A stretch of DNA of 64,000 nt, from contig OZ024741.1 of the NCBI GenBank assembly GCA_964016885.1, positions 361,584,001 through 361,648,000 on the forward strand. The letters run 5' to 3'. Source of the stretch: Eledone cirrhosa (Eukaryota). Position numbers and translations under genes: made by a program. Each line of letters begins with the position of its first letter. Position 1 is the first letter of the stretch. Positions 25,226 to 38,668 of the stretch are shown piece after piece. The notes under the pieces were generated by a model. That model had not been told where the DNA came from and made no database searches. It was given only the letters and a program-made list of their open reading frames with translations.

Positions 25226-26184
25226 TGTGTTTGTCATCGAGAGGAGATAACAAGTGATCTTGGTATGTGGTAACCATCAAATGGATACACACAGGCAGAA
25301 GCGGAAGAAATTATATTGGTGACCTGCTAGAAAATACTGGGGTGGATAGGATAGTGCAGGAGAGCTCTGAATGCTGAAGATGGATAGAGAGCTTTAGAGA
25401 GCATCTGTAAATTCATGGTGCTTCTGTTATAGTTGTAGTGCTGGTGCCATGTTAAAATGTACCCAGTACATGCTATAAGGTGGTTGGCATTAGGGAGGGT
25501 ATCTTGTCAAAATGGAGTGTATGAGTGAGATGTAGTCATATGTCATGATTAGTTTCAGAACGTGATAACCCATTTAACCCACACCAGCATGGAAAATGGA
25601 TGCAAAATGATGATGATGTTATCAATGATTGGAATTGTCTGGCATGTTTTATTTCTTCTTGGAAATTTGTCAAAAACAACTACTTTCATTTTCTGCCTGC
25701 AAAGAGAGTAATAGTTTATAGCTATTTAAATTGAACACAAACCAGTATTGTGCTGAAATAGCATGTAATTTATTATTATATTTTGCTTGGTAAATATTTT
25801 ATAACCCCGTGGAGTCTCATTTTGTCAGATATATTTAAATAAATTTCTATTTATTTTATTGTTTTTTTTCTTCTTGAATTGACAGTGTTAGTTAGATTTT
25901 CAAAAAAATGTATAGAAATAATTTATATTTTTCTTCAGTAGTTTCTGAGAAACAAAGAAATAACTTATCAAGCAACGAAGCAGTCATGCAAACACACAAT
26001 AAGAACAGTTGCACTTAAATTTTTGGGGTGTGGGGTAATAAGTAGAATAGTAAAAATGATGGTAATAGTGCACAGGAAAATTGTATAATTCCGTGTAGCT
26101 TGAATTTGTCAGTAAATTTCAATGTAAAAAATAAAAATCTATTTGTTTGTATTTCATTTCAAATTCAGTGTTAATTAGATTTAA

Positions 26185-26395
26185 CCCGTTAACATTTAAA
26201 CCGATCGTATCTGGGCAGAATTCTCTCACTCCTTTCTGTTCAAACCGGCTGTAACCGGCTGCTTATACTGATGTTAAGGTATTGTTCTCAAAATAGATAA
26301 CATCAAAATCTCATAGATTCAATATTATGTGAGATAATTATGTGAGGTAAAACCTTTACCATGAACATATATAGAGTAATGTAAATGCTGAAGAG
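26185..26395 (-). mobile_element. TTAA MITE family 2 copy (reverse)
   Basis: Reverse complement of the 19284-19490 sequence with TTAA flanks. Confidence 0.8.
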
Positions 26396-29300
26396 TTAAT
26401 AAAAACAAACAGAAAACCATGTATAGAAATTGTTTCTATGTCCACAAGATGTTAATGGCTAAGTTCATCAGCCTCTTACATCTTTCTCTCCATGCCTGCA
26501 TGGTTTGGTAGGGTCTTCTCCAACAATGCCGGCTACTCTCCATTTTCAGGCTCAGCAATTTGAGCTCAGCTCTCACCGCTTTAACCCAGGTTTCTTTAGG
26601 TATTCCAAATCTTGAAAATTAAAACATACAAAGGTCATACCACAGAATGGCCGTAGTTTAATGATTGACCAGTAAAAAGAAAAAAATTAATGGTGGTGTC
26701 AGTGGGAACCCCCTTCCCTATGTATTTAGCATGTATTCTAGGACTGGTTGAGTGTTAGAGGTAAATTGTTCATGCTAGGCTTGTTATTAAGCATTGATTA
26801 CTGCCTGGGCTTAAATAAAAAAAGAAAGCAACAATCAATAAATAAATAATAAATATATAAATGAAAAAAGCTGCTAGTGCTGCTAACTACTGCCACCATT
26901 ACAGCATGTGGGTTTCTGAGGTTACCTCCTCCTACTTGCTGCTGCTACTACTACTTCTACCACCCCCATACCAACAGTACTTCAACTACTGCATGCTGAT
27001 TCTGAAGCCGCTGCTGGCAGAGGAGGTAGATCTGTTGCTACTACTGTTACTACTACAACAACCACTGTTTAATATGAAAGGTTCTAACACACAGCTAAGG
27101 CAACTAACTGCTGAAAAGATCAGCCCCCTCCCTCCCTTCGTCTCCCTCCCTCCCTTCCTACACCTTTCTCTCTCCCTCTGTAGCTGACAAAATTATAAGG
27201 CTCAGCAAGGTTTATTGATTTTTTAAAAGATTAAAAATAAAATGTCTGATGTGGAAGCAGTTTTGTTGTTATCAATTTCTTTTACTTTTTCCCAACTACT
27301 GCCATTTTCACCTGTATTTTCAAACCCTTCTTCCATCATCGTTATGTATGTAGGCATTGTAGCATTTGGTTTTACCCAATATTAGACTATGACTCTTTAC
27401 GTTCTGAGTTCAAATCCTGCCTAGGTTATCTTTGCCTTTCAATCCTTACGGAGTTGATAAAATAAAGTATCAGTCACGCACTGGTGTCGATTTAATCAAC
27501 TTTCCCTTCCCCCAAAATTGCTGGCCTTGTGCATACATCAGAAACCGTTATTAGACTAATAGAAAAGAGCCAAAATAATCTCAGTCATGTTGCTACAATG
27601 AGTTTGCTTTGCAATCAGAAGTTCCTAGGTTCTAACCCTATCTCTGTCCCTGTGAATAGTTATTTCTCCAAAGTTATTCAAACATAATTCTGTATGTCAT
27701 TTGTACATATTTGTTGAACATTTATGTAATTATATGCTAGAAACAGCTTGTTAAAATATTATCTTTAATCACTTTTATGTATCAGTAATCGGCATAAACT
27801 ATAGGGTTTCTCTTTTGTGAACCATTAATTTATCAAAACGCAAATTTCACAGTTTTTATGATCGTTTATATATCTGGTAATCTTGATATACATAGACACG
27901 CACACACATGGCATACCAAAAGTTAAATGCATTCAACACTATTATTGTCATTATTGACGGCAAGGGTACACTAGAGGTAATAGAAATAACCTAAATGTGA
28001 ATGATGAAAACAGAAATTATCCCTTTAATAATAGGTGTTCTGGGAATGATTTAAAAAAAGCACACAGGACTTACAAATAAATATGTATACTATACAGAAA
28101 ATAGCACTACTAGTCATGCACACATATTACAGAGTACTTTCAATACATAAGAAACAACACTGCACATAGATCTGTGCTGAGTAATGTAGTGATAACACAA
28201 TGAAAATAAGACTGATGATGATAGTACTAATAATAATAATAATAAAAATTTCTGGTTTAAGAACAAGGCCAGGGGAAGGAAAAGTCGATTCAATTGGCCT
28301 CAGTGTGTCACTGGTACTTTATTTTATCGACCCTGTAAGGATGATAGGCAAAGCTAACCTCGGCGGGATTTAAACTCAGAACGTAAAGGGCTGTAATTCT
28401 ATACTGCAAAGTATAATAATAATGGTTTCTGATTTAGGCACAAGGCCAACAATTTGGGGGGAAGGGGTAAGTCGATTAATAGTAAGCTCATTATGCATGA
28501 AAAGACTACCATCTTAATTCTTTCATGACCATTTTCCTAATGATATACACTGTATTTCAATTAATTAAGAATTTGGAAGGATTTACTAAAATCATTAATT
28601 ATTTCAGTGTAGGTGGTTCTGTTTTATAGAACCAGAGGTGGTTTGCAGCAGGTTGGTATCAAAGGGGTAAATAAAAGAGAGTTACAAAAAAAAAAAAATC
28701 AAATGAAATCTCCTTACCCTACCTACCATGTTGGAGAGGTTGGTAATATTTTATATAGTAATAGTAAGCTCATTAGAGATGAACAGACCACCACCACCAC
28801 TACCACCATGATAAAAGGGAGTTTAAAAAAATTCAAATGACCCCCTGCCCCACCTTCACGTCTATACTAGCAAGGTTTGTAATAGCATGTATAGCAATAG
28901 CAAGAATAAGCTTATTACAGTTGAACAAACCACCACCACTGCCATCTTTTATTGATTCAATTATCTAGAATATATAAGATCTGTTTATCTATCTATTTAT
29001 AGTGGATGGAATTCTCTTCACTTCATTTTTTGTTTTGTTTTTGTAGGTTTCTTTTATATTTTCATTATTATTATTTTTTTCTCATAAAGACATTAGGTTG
29101 ATATTATAATCTTAAGAATCACCATTGTTATATTGTAAATCTCATTTCCCTCTCTATTCCATGCCAGCATCAGTTGAACAACTGGCTTTTCACTCTCTTA
29201 CTTTTTCCAGTCATTAGACTGCGACCATGCTGGGGCACCATCACAAAGAGATTTTAGTCGATTATATCCCCCCCCCCCCCTTATTTAAAAAAAAAGTTTG

Positions 29301-29597
29301 ATATTTATTTTATTGATCTTTATTTGTCAAACTGTTGAAGACACACACACACACAGTCACACAGTGTCAACCAATGAATAATTAAAAAAAAAAAAAAAAA
29401 AGCATTCAGTTCATTGTTTTACTATGGTTTCAGTGAGCAAACATCAATGGCAGACTTCTTGCTTACACCTGCATTTCACTTATGTACAGTCTCACATTCT
29501 ACCAGGTAAACCAGCACTCTTTAAGCATCTTTGTCATAGAAATTCTATGCCAGCATCAGTTGAACAACCAGCATTTCAGTGTAACATTTATTATTTA

Positions 29598-30923
29598 GTA
29601 GCTGGCTCGTCCAGCTGGCGCCCGGCTAGGTATACCAGCATTTTATCTTTTCAGGAATCCCCCTACACTCCAGTGCAAAGATACCGCACGCCCTCTCAAG
29701 TCAGCGAAGGGAGGGGTTAACGTGATCTGATGTTAGGTTTGAATAGTTTTTAGGGTTCCCCAGTTCAGCAGCCAGTAGTTAAAGCAAATTGATAGTTACA
29801 ACAATAAAGGCTGAGAACACATTTTTTAACAAACAATAATTTGTACAACCATAATGGAAATTCCAAGTAACAGAAAATATTTAAATTACATTGTTAGAGC
29901 CTCAGAGTATACAATATTTTTTGTTTGGCCCTCCGGAGCAAAGATGAAGAGATTGTTTGACGAGCTCACCCTAGAGCATCCTACATACAATTGACCATGG
30001 GAGAATCACTGATTTCGTAGCTCGTCTCGCGGAGAAGCTCTGTAAACGTTGAGCTTTGGACACTCCTGTCAAGAGCAGGTAAGCTGTAGTGACTTAGAGG
30101 CCTACCACCAATCTCCAGGACACTGTTTTCAAGACAAATGAGCACCTCATTGAAAACGACATCGTATATTACGTTTGGATTGTGTCTGCATGTGCAGTGG
30201 AGGATGTCCTCAGCTAAACTTTCATGATGGTTGTTCCACAGTGCGAGAGGGTCGGCGAGATCGCAGTTGTACAGCATAATAGCAAAAGGTTTTCGCAGCT
30301 GAGAAGGGAGTTTAGCAGTTGCTGCTTCTTGCAGGGTGAGGTGTCAATGGCTGTCATCGTGTAACATACCATGCATCTGGCAAGCCAAATGGTAAGTGGA
30401 ACATTGATGGCCATTGATGGTTCTCAGATCTTGGAAAGACTGTGGTCCTCTAACCTCGAACAGTAACAATGACGATAAGCCGTGTGTGCTTTCGTGAAAT
30501 AAATAGGTTTTTGTTTTTGTGTATGCAAAAATATCTGTACACGAATATATATATTAAAATAACAGATTAAAGTTTAAGCAAAGAATCGCTGCTTTCACCC
30601 TTAACGGGATCTTCTGATACTAAAAAAATCCGTCTGTGAACACAGAAGTAAATATTTCGAAAAACGTTATCTAAAAAGACAGACTAAGAAAAAGAGGGGA
30701 ATGCTGTGCGACGTCATAAGAAAAAATGAGGAATGACGTATAACAGGAAGTGTTGACATTTGAAATTTTAAAGAAGTGAATATTTAAATAATGTCTTTAA
30801 TCTTTTAACAAAAATCACTAGGCAAAAATACCCTCACTTTTTTACTTGGAAAAAGTTACATCTATCCAGCCGTTTGGCGGAAAGTTTGTTACCTACATAC
30901 GGCCGTCATCTTTATAGTATAGA
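29598..30923 (-). mobile_element. Internally deleted Helitron carrying two RepHel fragments
   Basis: Minus-strand 5' end A|TCTATACTATAAAG at 30923. 3' end has a GC-rich imperfect hairpin then CTAC|T (CTAG with one change) at 29598. Coding remnants LLFEVRGPQSFQDLRTINGHQCSTYHLAC...LWNNHHESLAEDIL (about 30010-30469) and the Pif1-like helicase C-terminus FSHGQLYVGCSRV...TKNIVYSEAL (29886-30005). Confidence 0.88.
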
Positions 30924-31333
30924 TTGTCATTTGGATGATGATTGCTGAATGAAGAAGTGTTGAGAAATCCCAGTGAAAGGAAGCTGCAGTAGAGGTTGAC
31001 TTAGGAAGACCTGGGCAGAGGTGGTGAGAGCTGATCTCAAATTGCTGAGACTCACAAAGGAGATAACGAAAGAATATGACAAGTGGAGAGATGTGCTGAA
31101 AAGGATCTATCCAACTCATGGGAGTGTGGAAAAATGGATGTAAAAACGATGATGATGATGTTTAATTAAGGCCATAAGATAACTAAATGGTTATGGTGCT
31201 GGACATCAGTCAATAGATTCTTGGTGTTAAACCTTGCTTAAAGCATTACATAATTCTTCCTCTTTAGGAAGAAAACAATAAATATGCTTACTTTAGTTTG
31301 CCAATAGCAACTAAGTTAATTCTTTATTGAGCA

Positions 31334-31857
31334 CTAGCTGAATTACCCGGTGTTGCCCAGGTTACTGCTGTTCTTATCCAGATTAGTAAACAATAAATAT
31401 GAAGATATATTTTTTTTCTTCTGATAATTATTTCAAAATATCAATATTTTATAAAAAAAATATCAAAATTGTAATGATAATAGAATTTAGAAATGAAAAT
31501 CTGTCAATCTTGAAGCATCTCAGGGTAAAGAATATTCATTGTGTAATTTTTTGTTGGTGTCGAAATGAATAAATTGTTGCTACACACTCACATACATATA
31601 CTAAGACAGACACACTCAGATATACATTCACGCAGACACACACAGCTTTTCACCTCATTTTTTTGACAGTCGTCACATGCATATGTATGTGTAGATGTGT
31701 GTGTATTTAATAACATATCTAATGAACATGCACACACACACTCCCAGACACATACATATTCATATACAAAATGTGATGAGGTTGTGTTGTTTTCTATTGT
31801 TTTAATCCAAATGAAAATAAAAATTATCACACATACACTCACACACACACACGCACG

Positions 31858-31905
<48 letters not shown>

Positions 31906-32263
31906 CTCGCATACTCACACACACTCACATCACATACATTCTCACATACATATACTAAGACAGACACACACAGACATACATTCAGGCATGCCTGTATGTG
32001 TAGATGTGTGTGTTTAATTCTCTGAGGCTTAACATATGTAACAAGCTCGCACACACTCATATACAATGTAACGTGGTCTTTGTTGTGGTGGTTGTTTACT
32101 ATAGTTCACTATAGAAAGGTTATTTTAGATAAAATATTATATTGTTTTAATATAATGAAAATAAAAATTACATGTAATTGATTTGATTTGATTTGATTTG
32201 ATTTGGTCCAGCCATTTGAGAATGTATAGGAACAGACAGAAAGACATTTTATATAGATAGAGA
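31334..32263 (-). mobile_element. Non-autonomous Helitron with internal CA microsatellite
   Basis: Minus-strand 3' end: hairpin cctgg-gcaaca-ccggg, then taattcag CTAG|T at 31334. 5' end A|TCTCTATCTATATAAAATGTC..TGTCTG at about 32263. Internal degenerate duplication and (CA)n. Confidence 0.7.
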
Positions 32264-32859
32264 TTAACCCTTTTGTAAACATATTTCTACTAACAAAAAG
32301 ATACTTTGTGTTATAATTAGCAAAATAATAATAAAATTATGCGAGGCTAGCAATTTCAGTGGCAGGGAATGTAAACTCCAGTGCATGACTGGTACTTTAT
32401 TTTTTCGGCTTTAGAAGGATGAAAGCAAGGTTGACTTCAGCAAGATTTGATCTCAGAACATAAAGAGCCAGAATAAATACTGCAAAGCATTTTGTCTGAT
32501 GACTGTGCCAAAATATAAGATGAATATTTAATTACTAAAATGTAATATTATGTTGTGTAATAACAAGTTGAATTTGAACACTTTAATTAAGGCACTTTTG
32601 TGGGGGACTGGTGTTTAAAGGGTTAACAGTTAAGAGAGTAATCTATTCATAAAAAACACCACCACCAGTCCTACTCTATGAATTTTTTGTTCCAATGATT
32701 TAGTAGTAGATAGTCCTTCAATGGAAGTTTATTACTCTTTTATTTGTTTCAATCATTGGATTGTGGCCATGCTAGGGTACTGCCTTGAAGGGATTTTAGT
32801 TGATCGTGTCTAATCCAGTACTTATTTTATCTTTTTGCCAAATTGCTAAATTACAGGAT

Positions 32860-33029
<170 letters not shown>

Positions 33030-33383
33030 ACCGTTAGTCAACCTGAGATTCATGTAAAAGATACTTGCCCATAGTGTCACAGAATGAGAATGAACCATGT
33101 GGTTGTGGAATGAACTACATAACCACACGGCTATGTTTCTACCTATGTTACCTTGTTGGTACAGTTTTATGGGGTCAAAAGGTTAGATGTAAATACCTCA
33201 GTCTCTACATGATTTTCCGATAGTGTGATGTAGTAGTGTAGTGCCGTTCACTGGTTCAAATATTGATTTTTAAAACAAGTTTTTTTTTTTTTAGTAGGCA
33301 CATGGCCAATTGTTTTGCAGAGAAAATGTCTACTCAGTTGAATCAATGCCAGTATATTACTGATTATTATTTATCAACAGTGG

Positions 33384-33571
33384 GTGTGGATTGGCAGTAT
33401 CGGTAGAGAGTCGGACGCCATGCTTTCCAGCATAGTTACGTCCTCCCTTTACAGTCTGAGTTCAAATCCCGCCGAGGTTAACTTTGCCTTTCATCCTTAC
33501 GGGGTCGATAAAATAAAGTACCAGTAATGTACTGGGTAATTGATGGCCTTGTGCCAAAAGTAGAAACAATC
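33384..33571 (+). mobile_element. SINE family A full copy with 15-bp TSD
   Basis: TSD atttatcaacagtgg at 33369-33383 and 33572-33586. A-box, B-box and core present. Confidence 0.88.
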
Positions 33572-34808
33572 ATTTATCAACAGTGGTTGGATTTTAACTG
33601 AGAACAATAATGTGGTGACTAGATAATATAATTACAGTTTATCCTTCATTCTACATAGTGTCTTCACCATCCCCTCTCTTCTAGTGTTTTTAATATACAG
33701 GTATATTATGACCAGGTTCCATTCCAACTAACCAGTCGATATAGATGTAATATGAAGACTTTGAGAGAGGGTGATGGTGATTTATACATTCTGCACTATG
33801 TAGTTAATACATTATTATACATATTTACCAATATATTTCACTTTTTCTTTCTATAATCTCCTTACTATTATTTCATTTTATATTACAACACTAATACAGA
33901 TTATAATGAAACAATTTATGATAATACAGAACATACTAGTACCTTTTCATCATCATCATCATTGTTTTATGTCTATTTTCCATGCTAGTATAGGTTAGAT
34001 GGGTTGTCACATCTTGAGATTTGACAAGTTAGATGACCATGACTTGTTCATATGTTCCACTTTAGCCTGTTTTCTAGGGCTCTATGCCCTTCCTAACATC
34101 AACCACTAGTATTTTATTATGGGCCTGTAAACTGTTTTGTAGGTGGGCTGGATTTGAAATATTTTTGTCTTGTGGGCAAGATATAAATATTTGAATGTAA
34201 TTGCTGAAGCATAACAGATGCCAAGAGATATAATTGACTGTTTTCATCATTCAAATAGCCTTGTATCTATGTAAGAAAGTAATATTTCTATAGTTTCCGG
34301 TTGGGGCTTTTGAATGTGTGCATTCAGTTTAAAAGAGGTGCACCGTATCCTTGTGTTTTGTATGAGGGGACTAAAAGGGTTGGTGTCCAGAAGGACATCC
34401 AGCTGCAAGACTTCTATTGTGGGGCCTGCAAGGCTAACTCTTTCTTAAATAGGAAAAATGGCTATAAAATCTTCTTGTGGTTGTTTGACCAGCTCCATTT
34501 GTTATTCCAGTAAAAGAAGGAATATTGAGAGGCTGTTTCAATGGTATGCCAGCATTTTAATTGGGTTATATTACTTAGTACTAAGATTAATCTATATTAA
34601 AATAACTGTACAGTCTTTTTCTACATTGATCACAAAACGTTCTAAAATGCTTTCATTCATCTCAGAAGTTAGCATTCTCTGTTATCTATCAGCTTTCCCC
34701 TCTCTATCCGTCTCTGTCTGTTTCTCTCTTTCTATCTCTCTATGCTACTGGTAAAGTAACTCAGTAAGTACAATCTGTCAGAAGGTTGGGTTGTCTGCGA
34801 TTAAACTG

Positions 34809-35314
34809 GCAACCCCTCCAAGCTTGCTTGGTGAGGAAGATGGATTTTCGAACAACTCGAGGTATAAAAACAAAATCTGTGAAAGGGCAGAGGAACTCAG
34901 TAGAGTTCATGGCTATCCAATAGTGTATAAAAAAAAAGGTAGACAGAGCTTGTTAGCCTTAGTTGGCAGTTTGTCTAAGAGGAGGATCACTCTGATTTCA
35001 AAACCAGAGTAGATGGTACTCCTTAGTCACATGAAATCATGTGCCTTCATCACAACAGTGAAGCCCTTGGCCACTTGAAAGGTTAACACCATGGTGACTA
35101 AGGAGTGCCATCTACTCTGGTTTTGAAATCAGAGTGATCCTCTTCTTAGACAAACTGCCAACTAAGGCTAACAAGCTCTGTCTACCTTTTATTTTTTATA
35201 CACTATTGGATAGCCATGAACTCTACTGAGTTCTGCCCTTTCACAGATTTTGCTTTTATACCTTGAGTTGTTCGAAAATCCATCTTCCTCACCAAGCAAG
35301 CTTGGAGGGGTTGC
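34809..35314. repeat. Long inverted repeat: about 222-bp arms (34809-35030 / 35094-35314), 63-bp spacer
   Basis: Arms are reverse complements with only about 4 transitions and 2 small indels by manual comparison. Confidence 0.95.
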
Positions 35315-35714
35315 TCAGTAGCCAACTTCCAAGAAATGGTCGGATATGGATTCAGAACCCACTGATGTCACTTAAAGGCCAGGTGGCAGTGTTAAACTGG
35401 ATGATGGTTTATATCTAGTACCAAATAGACCATACGATGGATTTGAACTCAGAATACAAAGACCTAGAACATTTACTGTAAAGCACCTCGTTCAACACTC
35501 TAAAAATTCTGCCAATTCACCCTGTACTAGTTCAACTACTAGTACTTAATTTTATCAACCTTGAAAGGATGAAAGTTGAAGTTGATTTCAGCAGGATTTG
35601 AATTCAAGTTACCTGAACAAATACTCCAAGATATTTTTGTCTGATATTCTAACTACCCTATCAATTTACTGGCATGTTAATGGGCCAAAACATCATAATC
35701 TAAGTTGTGGTGGT

Positions 35715-35900
35715 GTGTAGCCTAGAGGTTGGAGTGTTGAACTGATGTTCATAAAGTTGTAGGTTTAATTCCTGAACTGGGCAGTGTGTTGTGTCCTTGA
35801 GCAAGACACTTCATTTCATGTTGCTCCAGTCCATTCAGGTGGAGGGGACAAATGATTAGCAGCAGCTGAAGTTTAATCCCTGGAACAGACTGGCATCAAG
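35715..35900 (+). mobile_element. tRNA-derived SINE family B; representative copy
   Basis: tagcctagaggttggagtgttg...ggtttaattcc...gtgtccttgagcaagacacttcatttcatgttgctccagtcca. Related copies near 5625-5800, 47558-47620, 48770-48880(-), 56770-56870(-), 58185-58290 and 59345-59450. Confidence 0.7.
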
Positions 35901-37891
35901 TTCACATGTAAAGTGAAGGTCTTTTCATGATAGGACTGGGATTTCTATCATTATCCTTTCCATTACCATATTTCTAATGAAAGACACTGCCTGTGATTTT
36001 TATATAATATTGAATATAATCAAAGCTTTGGAGAAATTTAGTAATATACTAACGTATAAATAAGCTGGTGTTGAGATCATAACTTCACAGAGATTCTGAC
36101 ATAAAATTTTTTTTTTAGATAAATGTAAACACTTTAAAAGAGTTCTCTATCATAGAACCAGGGGCAGTTTCAAGCGGTTTGGCATCAAAGGGCTAAAAAA
36201 CATCTGAAAAATCTTGTATGAGATGCATCCTCATAGGAGGCTAGCTAAACCTAAATAGGTGTGAGCTGTAACAAAATAAAATCCTTCTTGGTCAATGAAG
36301 TCTGTTATGAACTGAAATACAATAGTAAATACTATGATATCATTTACACCCAGTGGAAAATAGACAACTGCCTAACGATTGTAGGTTGCCATTAGTTGCT
36401 AATTACAGCAAAGGTAGTACAAAGAATAACTTGAAACATGATAATAGTAATTTATGAAAGCCAGGATTTACAGAGGAAATGATTAAAACAAGGAGAAAGA
36501 GCACCACTTCCCTTACTGGAAAAAATGAAAATATTAGTCATTCTTTTACTCTTCTTTTACTGGATTCAGTCATTAGATAGCTAACATGCGGATAGATAGC
36601 TGGCTTGAATAAACTAATCATCATCATTTTTATGTCCACCTTTCCATGCTGGCATGGGTTGGATGGGATGTTTAAGGCAATATTTTACAGCTGGATGCCT
36701 TTCCTGACACCAACCCTTTTAGTTGCCTCTAACGACATGCAGAAATACAGTGTATCTATTTTAAAAACCGGGATATACACAGCATACAGAATAGCAAGTA
36801 ATAACCATCATCTGAAACAACAAAATTACAATGGAAGAAACTCTTCAACAGAAAATACAGTGGGATTCCTAGTTATAGAAGAGAGAAGTAAAATTTGTAA
36901 ATAACAATTTAGGTACAAGGTCAGCAATTTGAGAGGAGGAAAAGGTGATTATATTGACCCCAGTATTGTATTTTTTTCCTCTCTGAATATTTATTTTTAG
37001 TTAACTTATGCATGTACAGGAAGCGATTGCTGGCCTTGTGCCTAAATTAGAAATTATGATTATTTGTAGACTAATATTATTTACTCCTCATCAGATATAT
37101 ATTTCTAATGTATTATGCTATAGCAGTCTTACCTGGGTAGAGGAGGGAGGTACACAGTTGCACAACCTGCTAGAAATACCAACCGAACCTTCCTCAAATC
37201 AAACCCCTACCATCATCAATAATGGATAACGAAATGGAGCTCCATTGTATCCGACACTGATTTTCAAGTTGCTCAATCAACAGAATAGACTGCTCATGAA
37301 ATTAATGTGTGAGTAGCCAAGCATTCCATAGACACATGTACTCTTAATGCAATTCTCAGGGAGATTCAGCATAACACAAGTGGATGACAAGACTGAATCT
37401 TTGAACTAAGGTTAAAGTTCATCTGATGGGCTTCCAAATATTTTCTCTCCTATTTCAGTCACAAAGCTTTGGTTGATCCAAGATACCATGAAGTGGAATT
37501 ACCTTGTGATTGCAAAACAAACATCTTAATTAAGTAACAACATAACTTAGTCAAAAATTAAACCTGGGATCTAATGGATGTTACAAAAATATTCTTAATT
37601 AACTTTCTGAGGATTAGGTACAACAGCAGTAGTGCCTGAGTAATCTACTAAAGCTTTTGACACTAAACTGCCTGAAACTGCTCCTAGTTTTATTATGCAA
37701 AACTGTTTATTTTAAACTGTTTATATATATATCTAAAAACCTTACATCATCATTTTATGTTAGCACCTTTGTCATATTCTAAACACAAACTTAATAATAA
37801 AAAATTCTTGATTGTTTTCAAAAGCAAAAGAAGTGTGTTTCATTAGAAAAACTGTAACAAAAGGGTTAACCAGGATTGTGTTTCATTTCAG

Positions 37892-37990
37892 GATGCCATG
37901 GCAAGGTCAGACAGACAACATGATTGACCGCTTTGATGTGAGGGCTCATCTGGACTTCATCCCTGAATATAAGTCAACCCCTCCTTTACC
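37892..37990 (+). CDS. CLASRP: CLASRP coding exon B (SWAP-family N-terminal IDRFDVR motif)
   Basis: tttcatttcAG ... GTaagt. Translates (M)MPWQGQTDNMIDRFDVRAHLDFIPEYKSTPPL-P, the MPWQG...IDRFDVRAHLD signature. AT+G joins exon A in frame. Confidence 0.95.
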
Positions 37991-38029
37991 GTAAGTGAGC
38001 CAATGTATTATATAATGTTATATGTTACA

Positions 38030-38570
38030 TAACACTAAATGTTACTTTCTATGTATAATCTTAAATGGTGTTATATGTTGTTATATAATGACACAAAAAC
38101 AAATGGCGTCTTCTTCCTTATAATCTTATATAACATTGTTTAATAACACAAAACATTAAATGCCACATTTCCATTATATAATTTTATATGGTGTTATATA
38201 TAATTATACATAATATGAAATATTGCACCTTCATATACCATTATATAATGATATACAACATTAAATGTTGTTTCCCCTTATATAATCTGATATATATGTT
38301 ATATACTGATAGATGACATTAAATGCTCTCCTCTCATATAACTTTGTATAAGGTCATATAAATGTTATGACACATGACATTAAATACTGTCTTCCTTCAT
38401 TTAATCTTGTATAACATCATTTAATGTTTAAAAATGTACAACATTATATAACAACACACATTAAATGAAATCCCAGATATAACCCTGCAAAACATTATAT
38501 GATGTTATATAATGATATAAAACATTAAATGTTGCCTTCTTTCATATAATCCTATATGATGTTATATGCT
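38030..38570. repeat. Degenerate AT-rich minisatellite, unit about 55-65 bp
   Basis: Recurrent acattaaatg....t.atataatc.tatat..tgttatataatga motif about 8-9 times. Confidence 0.7.
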
Positions 38571-38606
38571 GTACTTCTCTCCCTTTATTTATCTATATAC
38601 ATATAC

Positions 38607-38668
<62 letters not shown>

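Noticed and set aside
26861-27187. 108-aa Leu-rich ORF
   Set aside because: Low-complexity (CTA/CTG)n sequence with no splice-phase fit or recognisable domain.
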